Positions 8,247 to 19,200 of a stretch of 64,000 nt of DNA are shown piece by piece (position 1 is the first letter of the stretch; the number at the start of each line of letters is the position of its first letter). This DNA is from an uncultured Clostridia bacterium (lineage in GTDB: Bacteria; Bacillota; Clostridia; TANB77; CAG-508): the NCBI GenBank assembly GCA_963558405.1, contig CAUWGC010000002.1, positions 40,852-104,851 on the forward strand, written 5' to 3'. The notes beneath the pieces are model-generated. The model was not told where the DNA came from, did no database searches, and was given only the letters and a program-made list of their open reading frames with translations. The position numbers and the translations under genes were made by a program.

Positions 8247-9623
8247 TTATGAATTTTTGTAATCATCCATATATTTTATATCATTTTCTTTGCAAAATTG
8301 AATTGCATCCTTATAAATCTCATCCTCATTATCCTTATTATCGTATAATTTTCTCGGAACAACTATAGACTTTTCAATTATTGCTTTATATTCTTTTTTA
8401 TTAAATAAATTTGCATCATATTCAGGTAACATATAAAAATCTGTTGCTACTTTATTTATAAACATACTCATCTTCTTAGAATAGTACATTGTAATATATA
8501 ATTCTTGTGTATTTTTCATAGGTAAAAGTTTCATAAGTCTTTTAATTGAAAGTACATCAATATTCATATCCAAAATTATTTTATGAAGTTTGTTTATTTC
8601 TTTTTCTTTTTTTACAAGTTCTTCAGCAGAAACATAATCATCCTCATCGTATTCATCAATATCATCATAATATATATCATATTTGCTTAAATCAGTTGTC
8701 TCAGTAATTTTTTCAATAACTCTTTTTGTTTTCTCTACTGGATATGGTGCATTTTCTCTTGTATAATATTGAGCATCTACTACAGTTGCAATTACTATAT
8801 TATCAGCCATATAAACTACAACTTTATCCCCTATTTTAATGTTTGTATCTTCTGACATATAGCAATATGTTTTTCCGTTATTATATTCATCATATTCAAC
8901 AGTTAAGTAATAATATTGTTCCTGTAAAGAATCAGGTATTTCATAATCTTTTCCTTCAATATCACTTTTAGCATCTTTCTTTTTATTATCTTCTTTTTCA
9001 GGGAATATCTGAATTATATAATTATATATCTCTTTTATTTCTTCCTTGTCAAAACATAAATTATAATAATTGGGAGATAATGCCCCATCCTCAAATAAAT
9101 TGATTCTCAAATCTACTAAATTATTAGTATATGTATAAAACTCTAAATCAGGCTCAATAAAACTTATACTTTCATCTTTTTTTAATTTATCATTTATGAA
9201 TTTTTGTAATAAATTTCTAAGTTCCACTACTTCAAATTCTAATAAAAGTTCGCCTTTGTTATTATAATTAAAATATTTATTTGAAATAGAGATTATAACA
9301 TCACACCACCTATCATAAGGATCGTGTTCAAAATCTTTTTTTCTAATAATCTTTAAATAAAAATCTGTATAATCATCAATTTTTAATCTTAAAAAATTAT
9401 TTTGTTCTTTTTTTGCTATTAAAATTTCCAATCGTGGTAAATATTCTTCTTTATTGTATTTATATATAGTTTCAGGAGAAGGGAGCATATATACATCTCT
9501 TTCTTCTAGCTTTCCTTCTTCGTACATTTTAATAGCTTGTATAAGTTCATCTCTTTCTTTATATAATTTTTGTAATGACCATTTCTTCTTTTCATCTATA
9601 TAAACTTCAGGACTTATCATCAT
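8247..9623 (-). CDS. hypothetical protein (acidic, 458 aa), co-operonic with Type III R-M
   Basis: It is a long, uninterrupted ORF lying 21 bp after the upstream gene. I recognise no motif. Confidence 0.45.
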   Translation of the reverse strand: MMISPEVYIDEKKKWSLQKLYKERDELIQAIKMYEEGKLEERDVYMLPSPETIYKYNKEEYLPRLEILIAKKEQNNFLRLKIDDYTDFYLKIIRKKDFEHDPYDRWCDVIISISNKYFNYNNKGELLLEFEVVELRNLLQKFINDKLKKDESISFIEPDLEFYTYTNNLVDLRINLFEDGALSPNYYNLCFDKEEIKEIYNYIIQIFPEKEDNKKKDAKSDIEGKDYEIPDSLQEQYYYLTVEYDEYNNGKTYCYMSEDTNIKIGDKVVVYMADNIVIATVVDAQYYTRENAPYPVEKTKRVIEKITETTDLSKYDIYYDDIDEYDEDDYVSAEELVKKEKEINKLHKIILDMNIDVLSIKRLMKLLPMKNTQELYITMYYSKKMSMFINKVATDFYMLPEYDANLFNKKEYKAIIEKSIVVPRKLYDNKDNEDEIYKDAIQFCKENDIKYMDDYKNS

Positions 9624-9644
9624 AATAACACCTTCTTTATTATC

Positions 9645-10637
9645 TTATACTCCACCTAATAAATTTAATGCAGTTTGTCCTAGAAGGTTTACCACTTCTG
9701 CATAAAACCATCCGTGTTTATCAAAATGATCTGTTAATTTTTGAAAGAAACCTTTTCTTTTATCAATATGTTTAGAATCCTTCATATTTTCTATTATTTC
9801 TTTAGTTTCCTCTAATAATTCCTGTAATACTTTTTTATCATCTTCATTATCGCATTTTTCTTCAATCTCTTGTTCTATTCTTGAAACTGAATTATCTATA
9901 TTTAAATTAGAATTAACAACATCTCCCATAACGAAATTACTATTAGTAGCAGTTAGATTGTTAATATTATATGTATTTGAACTTAATTTACTTAGTCTTT
10001 CGTTATGTTTTTTTTCTCTTTCAAAATATGTTCTTCCTGCTTGTGTTAATATTGCATTATAAACAGTATCACTTGCCCAACTTACTCTTATTAAACCATT
10101 TGAATCTAAAGTTCCTATTATCCCTCTAATAATATCTTTTTCATCATCATTAACTTTTTTCTCTAGGAACTCCGTTATATTACCATTTGAATTTTCTACT
10201 TTTATTATCTCATTTAATAGATTTTTTTCACTATCTGTTAATTCATCAAACAATTCTTCTCTACACCCTTTCTTTTCAAAATATTGCAAAGCTTCAGGAG
10301 TTAATGTTACAAACCACCCTCCATCAATAAAATTATTATAATTTGAGATATATCCATATAATTTTAAATCTTCCATTGTTTCTTTAATACAAAATCTCAT
10401 ATAATTTGGAAACTCCGACATATTTCCATTAACAGAATAATCTTTTTCTTCATTATACTTATTTAAAAAAACATTTAACATTATTTCTGCATTTTTACTT
10501 AAAATATTCATAGATAATCTCTCCTTATTTTGTTGTATCAATATCTCTTTTTGTTTTTTTCTGACAATTTCATCAACTTTTTTATTTAATTCTTTTTCTA
10601 TTTTTTTAGTATCAATTTTTATTTGAAATTTTGCCAT
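9645..10637 (-). CDS. hypothetical protein (330 aa), co-operonic with Type III R-M
   Basis: It starts 15 bp after the res stop. I recognise no motif. Confidence 0.45.
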   Translation of the reverse strand: MAKFQIKIDTKKIEKELNKKVDEIVRKKQKEILIQQNKERLSMNILSKNAEIMLNVFLNKYNEEKDYSVNGNMSEFPNYMRFCIKETMEDLKLYGYISNYNNFIDGGWFVTLTPEALQYFEKKGCREELFDELTDSEKNLLNEIIKVENSNGNITEFLEKKVNDDEKDIIRGIIGTLDSNGLIRVSWASDTVYNAILTQAGRTYFEREKKHNERLSKLSSNTYNINNLTATNSNFVMGDVVNSNLNIDNSVSRIEQEIEEKCDNEDDKKVLQELLEETKEIIENMKDSKHIDKRKGFFQKLTDHFDKHGWFYAEVVNLLGQTALNLLGGV

Positions 10638-10652
10638 TTATTCATCATCCTT

Positions 10653-12884
10653 TTATAGAACATTATTCAAATTAACCCAGTTTTCATCATTCATATCTTC
10701 AATATATTTTTCTGAAAATAGTATTTTAAGTAGTGGCTTTTCTCCCATAATATGTTCTTCTCTAACAAATCCATATTTCAGGTTATTTTTATTACAGTAT
10801 CTTTTTAAAGCCTCATATTTTAAAGGTGTTGGCAACTCATCAACATTTCTACTACTACCATCTTCATTTTCTCCACCTTTAGTTTCAATTATCCAAATAT
10901 CTTCGTTTTTATCTTGTAATATAAAGTCAGGATAAAAAGTATTATATCTATTGGCATCAGTATATATTATAGAAAAAAATTCTTCAGAACTTTCTCCGTT
11001 TTTATATATCCATTTAATATTATTACTTTCTTCAGCATAATCAATCAATAACTTTTCTGGTAATGATAGTTTTTCATTTGATGGATATAGTTCATATACA
11101 TTTTTCTCTAATATTTTTATATCCTTCTTATATTTTTTTACATATTCTTTTTCCGGCAATATTTTAATAATCTTTTGAACAGGAAATTTAAAATCTGTCT
11201 TTTTTATGTTTTTTTCATTTAATTCAAGTTGTCTTGCCTCGCTTTTTATAGCCTCATATATATCATATTTTAATAATTGTTTGTTATTTATGATAAAAGA
11301 AACAAATTCTAATCTATTCAATTTTAACAAACTAAATTTATTAAACATTTTTTTAGAAAATATCTTTTTTAATACTGCTTTTAATCTCGTTTTATCTATT
11401 ATTCCTGATTTTGCACCAATTTCATATATTGCTAAATTTAATTCTTTTTCCATTGACTTTTCTTTAACATTTATTTTTAAAGTAATATCATCTAGTTTTG
11501 AAATATTATCAGCTGAAACAGTTTGTCCTCTTTTTGTTTTAAAAAGAACATCAGTAGATAAATTATATTCATTGGCTTGTAAATTTATTTTATTTTTATC
11601 AATATTATCAGAAAGATTATATTTTTCTTTTAAATAATAATAAATAACTTCGATATCTTCCTTATTTATTCTAGTTCCCACAAGCTCTTTTTTGCATTCC
11701 TTTGTTAGCTTGAAATCATAGTATTTATCCTTTAAATATATTATTTTTTTTCTAACTGTGCTATCTTCAAAAATACTATTTACTCCATTTACAAAATCGC
11801 TATCATAAGTATATAAATATGAAGTGTTTAGAATATCATTTTTATAATGAATACCATTTATTGATCTTCGTATTCTACCAATAGTCTGAATAGTAAAAAT
11901 ATCATTCATATTTTCTCTTAGCTTAACTAATATTTTTGCTCTAGGGCAATCCCAACCTGTTGCAATAGCTTGTTTCATAATTAGTACTGAACTTTTGGAA
12001 TTATACTCAGAAATATCAGATGTATTTTCGTTTTTTTTGCTTAACCAAATTGCTAATTCTCCATTTTTTACAGTAATACCAAGAGTTTCTAAATATTTCT
12101 GTATATCTACATATAATTCCTCTTGATTATTTGGTATTTGTATTAAAATTAAAGGATTTATATTTAGATTTTCATCTAAAAATGCTTTATGTATTTCTGC
12201 TTGTTTTTTTAAAGCTAAATCAATTAAATAATTAGTTGGATTTTCCACTGTATTTTCATCTTTAACATCTTCATTTATTGCAACCATCTTAGTAATTAAA
12301 CCTTCGGAAATCACATCTTCTTCATTTATTTCAATAAGCAGAGAATCTTCTTTTTCTTTAACTGTAGCTGAAATTCCTATTAAAAATTCAGGATCAAATT
12401 TAGCTTTTAAATCATCTGTTTTAATAGTTTTATTATAATGTTGTTCATCAACAATTATAATAAATTTTAATCCTTCAAGCTTAGCCTCATCAATTCGTTC
12501 AAATAAATTATTTTTTTCAGTTTTTGATATGGCATTATTTCCCTTTTTAGTTACCACTTCCCAATTTATAAAACAAGTATCTCCTGCATCGAATCCGTTT
12601 TGTAATACTTCTTTTATTGTTTTAGTATTTCTATTAGGAATATATTGTTCCATTTTACTTTTGGATTGCTCTTCTAAATCTCCAATACCTGGTGTAAACC
12701 AAATAAATATTGCTTTATCATCAATATTTTCTAAGTATTGATTGATAAAATTAACCATAATAATTGTTTTTCCACTTCCTGTTGGAGATTTAATCAATAT
12801 TTCATTACTTTTATTAGTAGAAGTTGCATCTAATAAATCAAGAATACACTTTTTTTGAAATTCTTTTAATATTATTTCTTTCAT
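10653..12884 (-). CDS. res: Type III restriction enzyme Res subunit (SF2 helicase + C-terminal PD-ExK nuclease)
   Basis: It carries motif I SPTGSGKT, motif II IIIVDEQH, motif VI QTIGRIRR, and a C-terminal nuclease motif DFILQD...IWIIETKG. It directly abuts mod. Confidence 0.75.
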   Translation of the reverse strand: MKEIILKEFQKKCILDLLDATSTNKSNEILIKSPTGSGKTIIMVNFINQYLENIDDKAIFIWFTPGIGDLEEQSKSKMEQYIPNRNTKTIKEVLQNGFDAGDTCFINWEVVTKKGNNAISKTEKNNLFERIDEAKLEGLKFIIIVDEQHYNKTIKTDDLKAKFDPEFLIGISATVKEKEDSLLIEINEEDVISEGLITKMVAINEDVKDENTVENPTNYLIDLALKKQAEIHKAFLDENLNINPLILIQIPNNQEELYVDIQKYLETLGITVKNGELAIWLSKKNENTSDISEYNSKSSVLIMKQAIATGWDCPRAKILVKLRENMNDIFTIQTIGRIRRSINGIHYKNDILNTSYLYTYDSDFVNGVNSIFEDSTVRKKIIYLKDKYYDFKLTKECKKELVGTRINKEDIEVIYYYLKEKYNLSDNIDKNKINLQANEYNLSTDVLFKTKRGQTVSADNISKLDDITLKINVKEKSMEKELNLAIYEIGAKSGIIDKTRLKAVLKKIFSKKMFNKFSLLKLNRLEFVSFIINNKQLLKYDIYEAIKSEARQLELNEKNIKKTDFKFPVQKIIKILPEKEYVKKYKKDIKILEKNVYELYPSNEKLSLPEKLLIDYAEESNNIKWIYKNGESSEEFFSIIYTDANRYNTFYPDFILQDKNEDIWIIETKGGENEDGSSRNVDELPTPLKYEALKRYCNKNNLKYGFVREEHIMGEKPLLKILFSEKYIEDMNDENWVNLNNVL

Positions 12885-14534
12885 TTATAACTCCTCAATT
12901 TCGCTCCTGTAATAATACTCAGGCACATATATTATTTTTATATTATTTTCTATAAAACTATTTTCGACCTCTGAATCAAGTAGTATATCGCTAGAAATAT
13001 ATACTTTACTTATATCAGGTAAACTCCAATTTTTTATATCCGATAGGTCATCTTCTTTTAAAATCAATTTTATTTTATTATTTATTCTAATATTATTTTC
13101 CAAAACAACTAATTCTTTTATATTATTTAAAAGTTCATCACTTAATTCAATATCCTCGTTTTGTAAATGATATCGTTTTACATATTCAGTCGTATAATAT
13201 TTTAAATTTGCTGGTATTCCTATATGATCTCCGTACCCTTTAATTACCTTTTCAATTCGCTTATATGTAATTTCTTCACAAATATTATTCTCATTGTTTG
13301 TACATAAAATAAATTTTCTGTTTTTTCCATCTTCCTTATTTTGTTCTAACACAGCCTGAGCTGTTGTTCCACTTCCTGCAAAAAAATCTAAAACAGTTTC
13401 ACTTTTTGTATGTTCTAATAGAAATCTTATTATTTCAACAGGTTTAGGATTAGGAAAAACATCTTTTTTTTCAAAAATTTCCGTTAAGGTTTTAGTAGCA
13501 TCGCCAGTTTCAGCTAAATCATATAAAATACTTCTACTTTTAATAATTTTATATTCATTTCCTGTATAATAAGTTTTTTCGTAAGGTATCCATCTATTGT
13601 TTTTTTCATCTTTATTCCAATAAATTAAATCATTCTTAATTAAATCTTCCATTCTATTTTTTCCAACTCTCCATCGACCATCTTGTCCATCTGGAGCAAT
13701 GGGAAATAATTCATTATTATCAGGATCTAAAATGGAAAAATACATTGTTGGTCTATCTTCTCTATGAGCTGAACTCCCCCACTTTTCTAATTTTGTAATA
13801 TTAAATTTTCCATTCTCATCTTCATATTTATAACTTTCATCTGTCTTTTGAACTTTTTTATCTATCCAATTAAACTTATCAGTTTTTCTGTATCCGAAAA
13901 TATACTCGTGTTCAGTTACAAAGAACTCATCTGTTTGACCTCCACCATATTTTTTTCTCCAAATCAGAGTTCCAATAAAATTATTTTCTCCAAATATATC
14001 ATCACACAATAATTTTAATTGAGCAAACTCATTTTTATCTATACTAATAAAAATAACTCCATCATTTGATAATAGTTTTCTTGCTACATTTAATCGTTTT
14101 GCCATAAAAGAAATCCATTTTGAATGTCTATATCCATCATCTATTCCAATTCTTTTATCATCATATATAAACTCTTTATTTTCTGTATTATATGGCGGAT
14201 CTATATAGATAAAATCAATTTTACTTTTGTGTGTTTTTTCTAATAGATACAAACTATGTAAATTATCGCCTTCAAGTAAAAAGTTAATATTATTATTTTT
14301 ATCTGAACAAATTTCTTTTTCCTCTATTTCTCTAAAAACAGGAATATTTTTTTTCAGTTCTTCATCTACTTTTTCCTCGTGTTCTTCCCAAATAAGTCCA
14401 TATTTTTTACTTTTAAGCTCTTTTTCAATTTCTGTAAGCTTAGCTTTTATTTCTATATCTGTATTTCGTTCTTTTAAAAATTCTAAAGTTTCAATTAAAC
14501 TATCTCTTTTTTGTTGGGATAAATTTGTACTCAT
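12885..14534 (-). CDS. mod: Type III R-M Mod subunit (beta-class N6-adenine DNA methyltransferase)
   Basis: Motif IV IYIDPPYNT comes before motif I FFAGSGTTAQAV. That order is the beta-class one typical of Type III Mod. Confidence 0.8.
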   Translation of the reverse strand: MSTNLSQQKRDSLIETLEFLKERNTDIEIKAKLTEIEKELKSKKYGLIWEEHEEKVDEELKKNIPVFREIEEKEICSDKNNNINFLLEGDNLHSLYLLEKTHKSKIDFIYIDPPYNTENKEFIYDDKRIGIDDGYRHSKWISFMAKRLNVARKLLSNDGVIFISIDKNEFAQLKLLCDDIFGENNFIGTLIWRKKYGGGQTDEFFVTEHEYIFGYRKTDKFNWIDKKVQKTDESYKYEDENGKFNITKLEKWGSSAHREDRPTMYFSILDPDNNELFPIAPDGQDGRWRVGKNRMEDLIKNDLIYWNKDEKNNRWIPYEKTYYTGNEYKIIKSRSILYDLAETGDATKTLTEIFEKKDVFPNPKPVEIIRFLLEHTKSETVLDFFAGSGTTAQAVLEQNKEDGKNRKFILCTNNENNICEEITYKRIEKVIKGYGDHIGIPANLKYYTTEYVKRYHLQNEDIELSDELLNNIKELVVLENNIRINNKIKLILKEDDLSDIKNWSLPDISKVYISSDILLDSEVENSFIENNIKIIYVPEYYYRSEIEEL

Positions 14535-14653
14535 TAAAATTCCTCCATATTCACATACAAAAATTCTATTTTAATTTATATCATAAAATTACTTTTTTCT
14601 CAATATTTTGACAGAAATTTTGGAAATAATAAATACCAGTATAATTACTGGTA

Positions 14654-15403
14654 CTATATGTTATATTCTTCAGATATTTTATTAAATTTTTCTAATAATT
14701 TATTATATTCTTCTCTTGAAACTCCTGTATCTTCCAAGGGTTTACAAAGTTTTAAATCTTCTTCATCCATTTCATCTTCATTTCTATAATATCTGATTAA
14801 ATCTCCTTCAACAATATCAAATTCATAGTTAGTATAAATTTTATCTTTAAGTTCTATATCTAATTTATTTAATAGAATAATATCAGCATCATTTAAGTAT
14901 TTCATTAAGTCTATAAATTCTTTGTTATGGTATTTTTCGCTCCATTCTTCATAGTTAAACCTATACATATATACTTCTTTTCTTACTATATCATAGTCAT
15001 TATCAATATTAAAAAGTTCCTTAATACCTTTTTTTAAAATCTTTCCATTTTCTTCTGATAACCTATTACTTACCACAGCAAGATTTATTATTAAACATAT
15101 ATGATGATATGTTTCACAATCAAATATATCATCTATAATATAATTGACTATTTCAAAACTAAATTCCTTTTCTAGTTTATCCTTTAATATTTTAAATTCT
15201 TTTCTTCTTTTCTCTATATATTTGATTTTACCTTTAGCACTTTCTACTTCATTTGATGAATAACCTTCAAAAAAGTTTTCCATACTAACTATAACTCCTT
15301 TTATATTTATTAATATATCTGTGCTGTATTTATTATTATAGCAAATTTTATTTGTCGAAATCTGTCGAAACTTGTGCATTTTCATTTTTGTAAATACAGG
15401 CAT
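14654..15403 (-). CDS. hypothetical protein
   Basis: The ORF is probably shorter than listed. An AAGGAG RBS precedes the ATG at about 15292 (MENFFEGY...), which would give about 210 aa. Confidence 0.4.
   Translation of the reverse strand: MPVFTKMKMHKFRQISTNKICYNNKYSTDILINIKGVIVSMENFFEGYSSNEVESAKGKIKYIEKRRKEFKILKDKLEKEFSFEIVNYIIDDIFDCETYHHICLIINLAVVSNRLSEENGKILKKGIKELFNIDNDYDIVRKEVYMYRFNYEEWSEKYHNKEFIDLMKYLNDADIILLNKLDIELKDKIYTNYEFDIVEGDLIRYYRNEDEMDEEDLKLCKPLEDTGVSREEYNKLLEKFNKISEEYNI
15352..15369 (+). promoter_or_regulatory. tandem 0A-box-like repeats TGTCGAAATCTGTCGAA
   Basis: Two exact TGTCGAA copies lie 11 bp apart. They are about 20 bp upstream of a TTGTAA...TATAAC promoter for the XRE gene at 15458. 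Confidence 0.4.
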
Positions 15404-15457
15404 TTATAATTATAACAAGTTTTTATTATAAAATCAATAGGTAGAGGAGATGTCTAT

Positions 15458-15718
15458 ATGAATAATACAAGATCAAAAGAGGGCGAATTAAATGTAGTCG
15501 GCTCTAAGATAAAATATTATAGAGAATTAAATAACTTATCTTATCAAAAATTATCAGATAAACTAATGTTATTAGGAATAGATATTCATAAACAAGCAAT
15601 ATATAATATTGAAATAGGTATTAGAACTGTTGTAGATTATGAACTTTGTGGATTTGCAAAATGTTTCAACATAACTGTAAATGATTTAACTGATGATTAT
15701 TTTAAAAACTTAAAATAG
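15458..15718 (+). CDS. XRE-family HTH transcriptional regulator
   Basis: It has an HTH: LSYQKLSDKLMLLGIDIHKQAIYNIEIGIR. Confidence 0.6.
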   Translation: MNNTRSKEGELNVVGSKIKYYRELNNLSYQKLSDKLMLLGIDIHKQAIYNIEIGIRTVVDYELCGFAKCFNITVNDLTDDYFKNLK

Positions 15719-15871
15719 AATGCTAGAGTCTTTTAAATAAGTTTACTCTAGCATTTTACTTTTACTCTTTTTTCAATTTCACAAAATTACTTTTCACGAT
15801 TTTATTTTTTCATAAATAATATTACTTTCTTTTACTCGTATCATAGTCCCCATATATGATACAAAATAATA

Positions 15872-16129
15872 TCATTTTTTATATAGCTTATCAAAAGCTA
15901 TTTTCTCTTGTTCTTCCATAAAGTTGTCTATTACCTTTTTTCTAAAAAGAACTCTCCCACCCACTCTAAAATGAGGTATCTCATTCTTTCTTACTAGCTG
16001 ACCTATAAGCCAATAAGAAATCCCCATATATTTCGCAGTTTCTTCCATAGTTAAGGTAGTTCTTTCTACTTTTTGATAATTCTCTAAATCTGGCATAATC
16101 TCACCTCCTAGCAAAATTATACAAAGCAA
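15872..16129 (-). CDS. excisionase-family (MerR-like HTH_17) DNA-binding protein
   Basis: It contains TMEETAKYMGISYWLIGQLVRKNEIPHFRVGGRVLF. The real start is probably at 16096, where a GGAGGTG RBS precedes the ATG. Confidence 0.5.
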   Translation of the reverse strand: MLCIILLGGEIMPDLENYQKVERTTLTMEETAKYMGISYWLIGQLVRKNEIPHFRVGGRVLFRKKVIDNFMEEQEKIAFDKLYKK

Positions 16130-16157
16130 TTCTTATCAATCCAAAACCCTTTTTTTT
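16116..16157 (-). promoter_or_regulatory. conserved ICE promoter motif copy 1 (AAAAAGGGTTTTGGATTG-N-TATAAT)
   Basis: On the minus strand: extended -35 TTGGAT, 17-bp spacer, TATAAT. The same architecture recurs at four other sites. Confidence 0.5.
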
Positions 16158-16286
16158 AAAAAATTGCAAAAAAAATAAAGGGCAAAAGATTTTACTCTCT
16201 CGCCCTTCATTGTAGTAAAAAATAATTTATATAATATGAATTCATAAATTATCTCTATTATATTTAATTTTTCTTAAAAGTCAACA

Positions 16287-19200
16287 CTAACAACCTGTTC
16301 TAGGAAGTTTTTGTGTTGTTTCTATTTCTTTTAAATAAGTTATTGTTTTCCAATCATCTTTATCTTCTACATAAATATCTTTATAGTTGCCTGATGCTTT
16401 TGTATGATTTACAAATATAAATCCATTTGGTAAATTATCTAACATATCACAATATAATCTAGGTTTTTCAACTTCTTTAAAGTCTGATTTTACTGTTCCA
16501 AATCTGAATTGAAAATCTGTTATAAATTCTCCCTCTTTTAATGTTGCATCTGTAAATTTAACTTCATTATTAACTAATGTACTCAAACCATCTTTTAGCA
16601 TTATATAGTCATCACTTAAATTAGTTTTATACCATACAGAATATGTTAAATCTTCATTCCAAGTTCCTGTATAAATTTTATTTGCTCTTAAAGCATTTGT
16701 AGGTAATGAATCACTCCAAGTGAAATTATCTAATGCTATGTTAGATTTATTATGAATATTTGAAAAATCATAATATATGTTATCTTTATTTTGTGTTTCT
16801 ATAAATCCTTTTTTAGTAACTTCAATATCAATATCTACATTATCATCTTCTACTTTTGCATCTACAATTTCTTGATGTTTTATTATTTCTGCCTCAAATA
16901 TTTCATCTGTAAGTATATAGTAATCAGGGCTTTCTACTTCTTTTAAAGTATATTTTCCTTTTAATAATTCTTTTGTTGTAGCCTCTCCGTTTTTATCTGT
17001 AAGTAAAGTATCTACTAAATTATTATTTTCATCATATACTTCAAATTTTGCATTTTCAAGTCTTGAACCTTTTACATCTCCATTGTATTTATTATCTTCT
17101 TTGCTTACCTTTATTACTCTGATATAGCCTTTTATTAGTTCGTTTTCAAAAGTTAAATTTGTAATTTGATCTTGTGTTAATGTTACTGTTTGCGGTATTT
17201 CATTTAACACATAATTTTCTAATGTTTTTGATTCTTGTACTGTGTATTTTTTATCTATTCTTAATCTTTTACTTGTAGCCTCTCCATTTTCATCTGTAAT
17301 TAAAGTATCTACTAAGTTTTTATCTTCATCATATACTTTGAATTCTACACCTTTTAGCTTAACCTCATTATTGTCTTTGTCAACTTTTATTACTTTGATT
17401 TGACCTTTCTTTAGTTCATTTTTAAAAGTTAAATCTGTAATTTGGTTTTGTGTTAATGTTACTATTTGTGGTATTTCATTTAACACATAATTTTCTAATG
17501 TTTTTGATTCTTGTACTGTGTATTTTTTATCTATTCTTAATCTTTTACTTGTAGCCTCTCCATTTTCATCTGTAATTAAAGTATCTACTAAGTTTTTATC
17601 TTCATCATATACTTTGAATTCTACACCTTTTAATTTTACCTCATTATTATCTTGATCAACTTTTATTACTTTGATTTGACCTTTTTTTAATTCATTTGTA
17701 AAAGTAACTGTTTTAATTTGTTCTGCCTCTAACACTACTGTTTGTGTCGTTTCATTTAATACATAATTTTGTAAAGTTTCTTTTTCTCTAATTGTTAATT
17801 TTGAATAATCTCTTATTGCATATCTTGATGTATAAGCTTCTCCGTTTTCATCTGTTGTTATTGTTTCTAAAACTTTTCCGTTTTCATCTAAAACATCAAA
17901 TTTTACTCCTTGTAGTTTTACTTCTTTATTGTCTAAATCAATTTTTATAACTTTTACTTGACCTTTCTTCAATTCATTTTCAATAGTATTTTCTTCAGTT
18001 GTATTCCATTTAACTTCAACAGTTGTATCTTCTGCAAGATTATACCATTTTCCTGTATTTTTTTCGATTAGTTTATAACTTCCTGTTCTTAGGTTTTTTA
18101 TGCTTATTTCTCCATTAACATCAGTTGTATATGTTCCAATTACTCTTTGAAATTCCTCTGAATATAAATCAAATTGTACATTTCCTAGTGCTATTTTGTG
18201 ATTATCTTTATCTACTTTATATATTTTCAAATTTCCTTTTTTATGATCATTTGTTATATTTTGATTAGTAGATTTGTTATACTCTACATTTACATCAAAA
18301 GTAGCTTTATTTATAACATAATTATCATTTGTAGAAATTTCTTTTAATTTGTAATTGCCCTGATATAGTCCACTAAATGTTGCTATACCATTTAAATTTG
18401 TAGTAGCATTTGCGACTACTGTTCCATCTGCTTTTGTTAATTGAAATGTTACACCTGCGATTGGTTTTGATGTTTCACTATCTGTTTTATTTATTTGTAA
18501 TTTTCCTGTATTAGTTTTAATGTTAAGAGTAGCACGACCAACACCATCTCCAAAAGGATCATAAGTTAGTGCATAGTTTTGAGTACCTTCTGTTCTAGTT
18601 TTACCATAAAATACAGGATATGTTTTACATTTACCTTGCACATTGATTATAGCATTTGAAATATCTTGTACCATTTGAGATTTAGGTATTTTTACATACA
18701 TACTTTCATTTCCATTAAATGAATTTGTTTGGATACCGTTTGAATTAGTTATAATAGTTCCTTGTGGTAAGTTAGCAGTAGCTGTAATTGTATAATTTGT
18801 CATCTCTACTGTACTTGAAACATTTATTTTTTGAGTATAGTAATTCCCATCCTCATATAAATTGCCTGAATTAGATAATGTTATATTAGGATCTGAAGGC
18901 ATTTGACTACCATTTCTTCCTATGTTTACCATATTAACTATTGCATTTTTAATAGCATCGCCTCTAGCATCTGCTCCTTGATTTGCTCCTCTAAATCTAG
19001 TTACTGGATCAAAGTTATATAAAATGCAATATACTGCTTGTTTAGTAGCTTGAAAAGCCTCTAAATCATTTGCAACTCCCAATTCACTTGCTGATTTATA
19101 AGGAAATCCATTTATAATTGTTCTCCATATTCTAACATCTCCTAAAACATCAGTAACACTAGCATTTACATCAACAGTATATCCATCTAGCTCCCCAACA

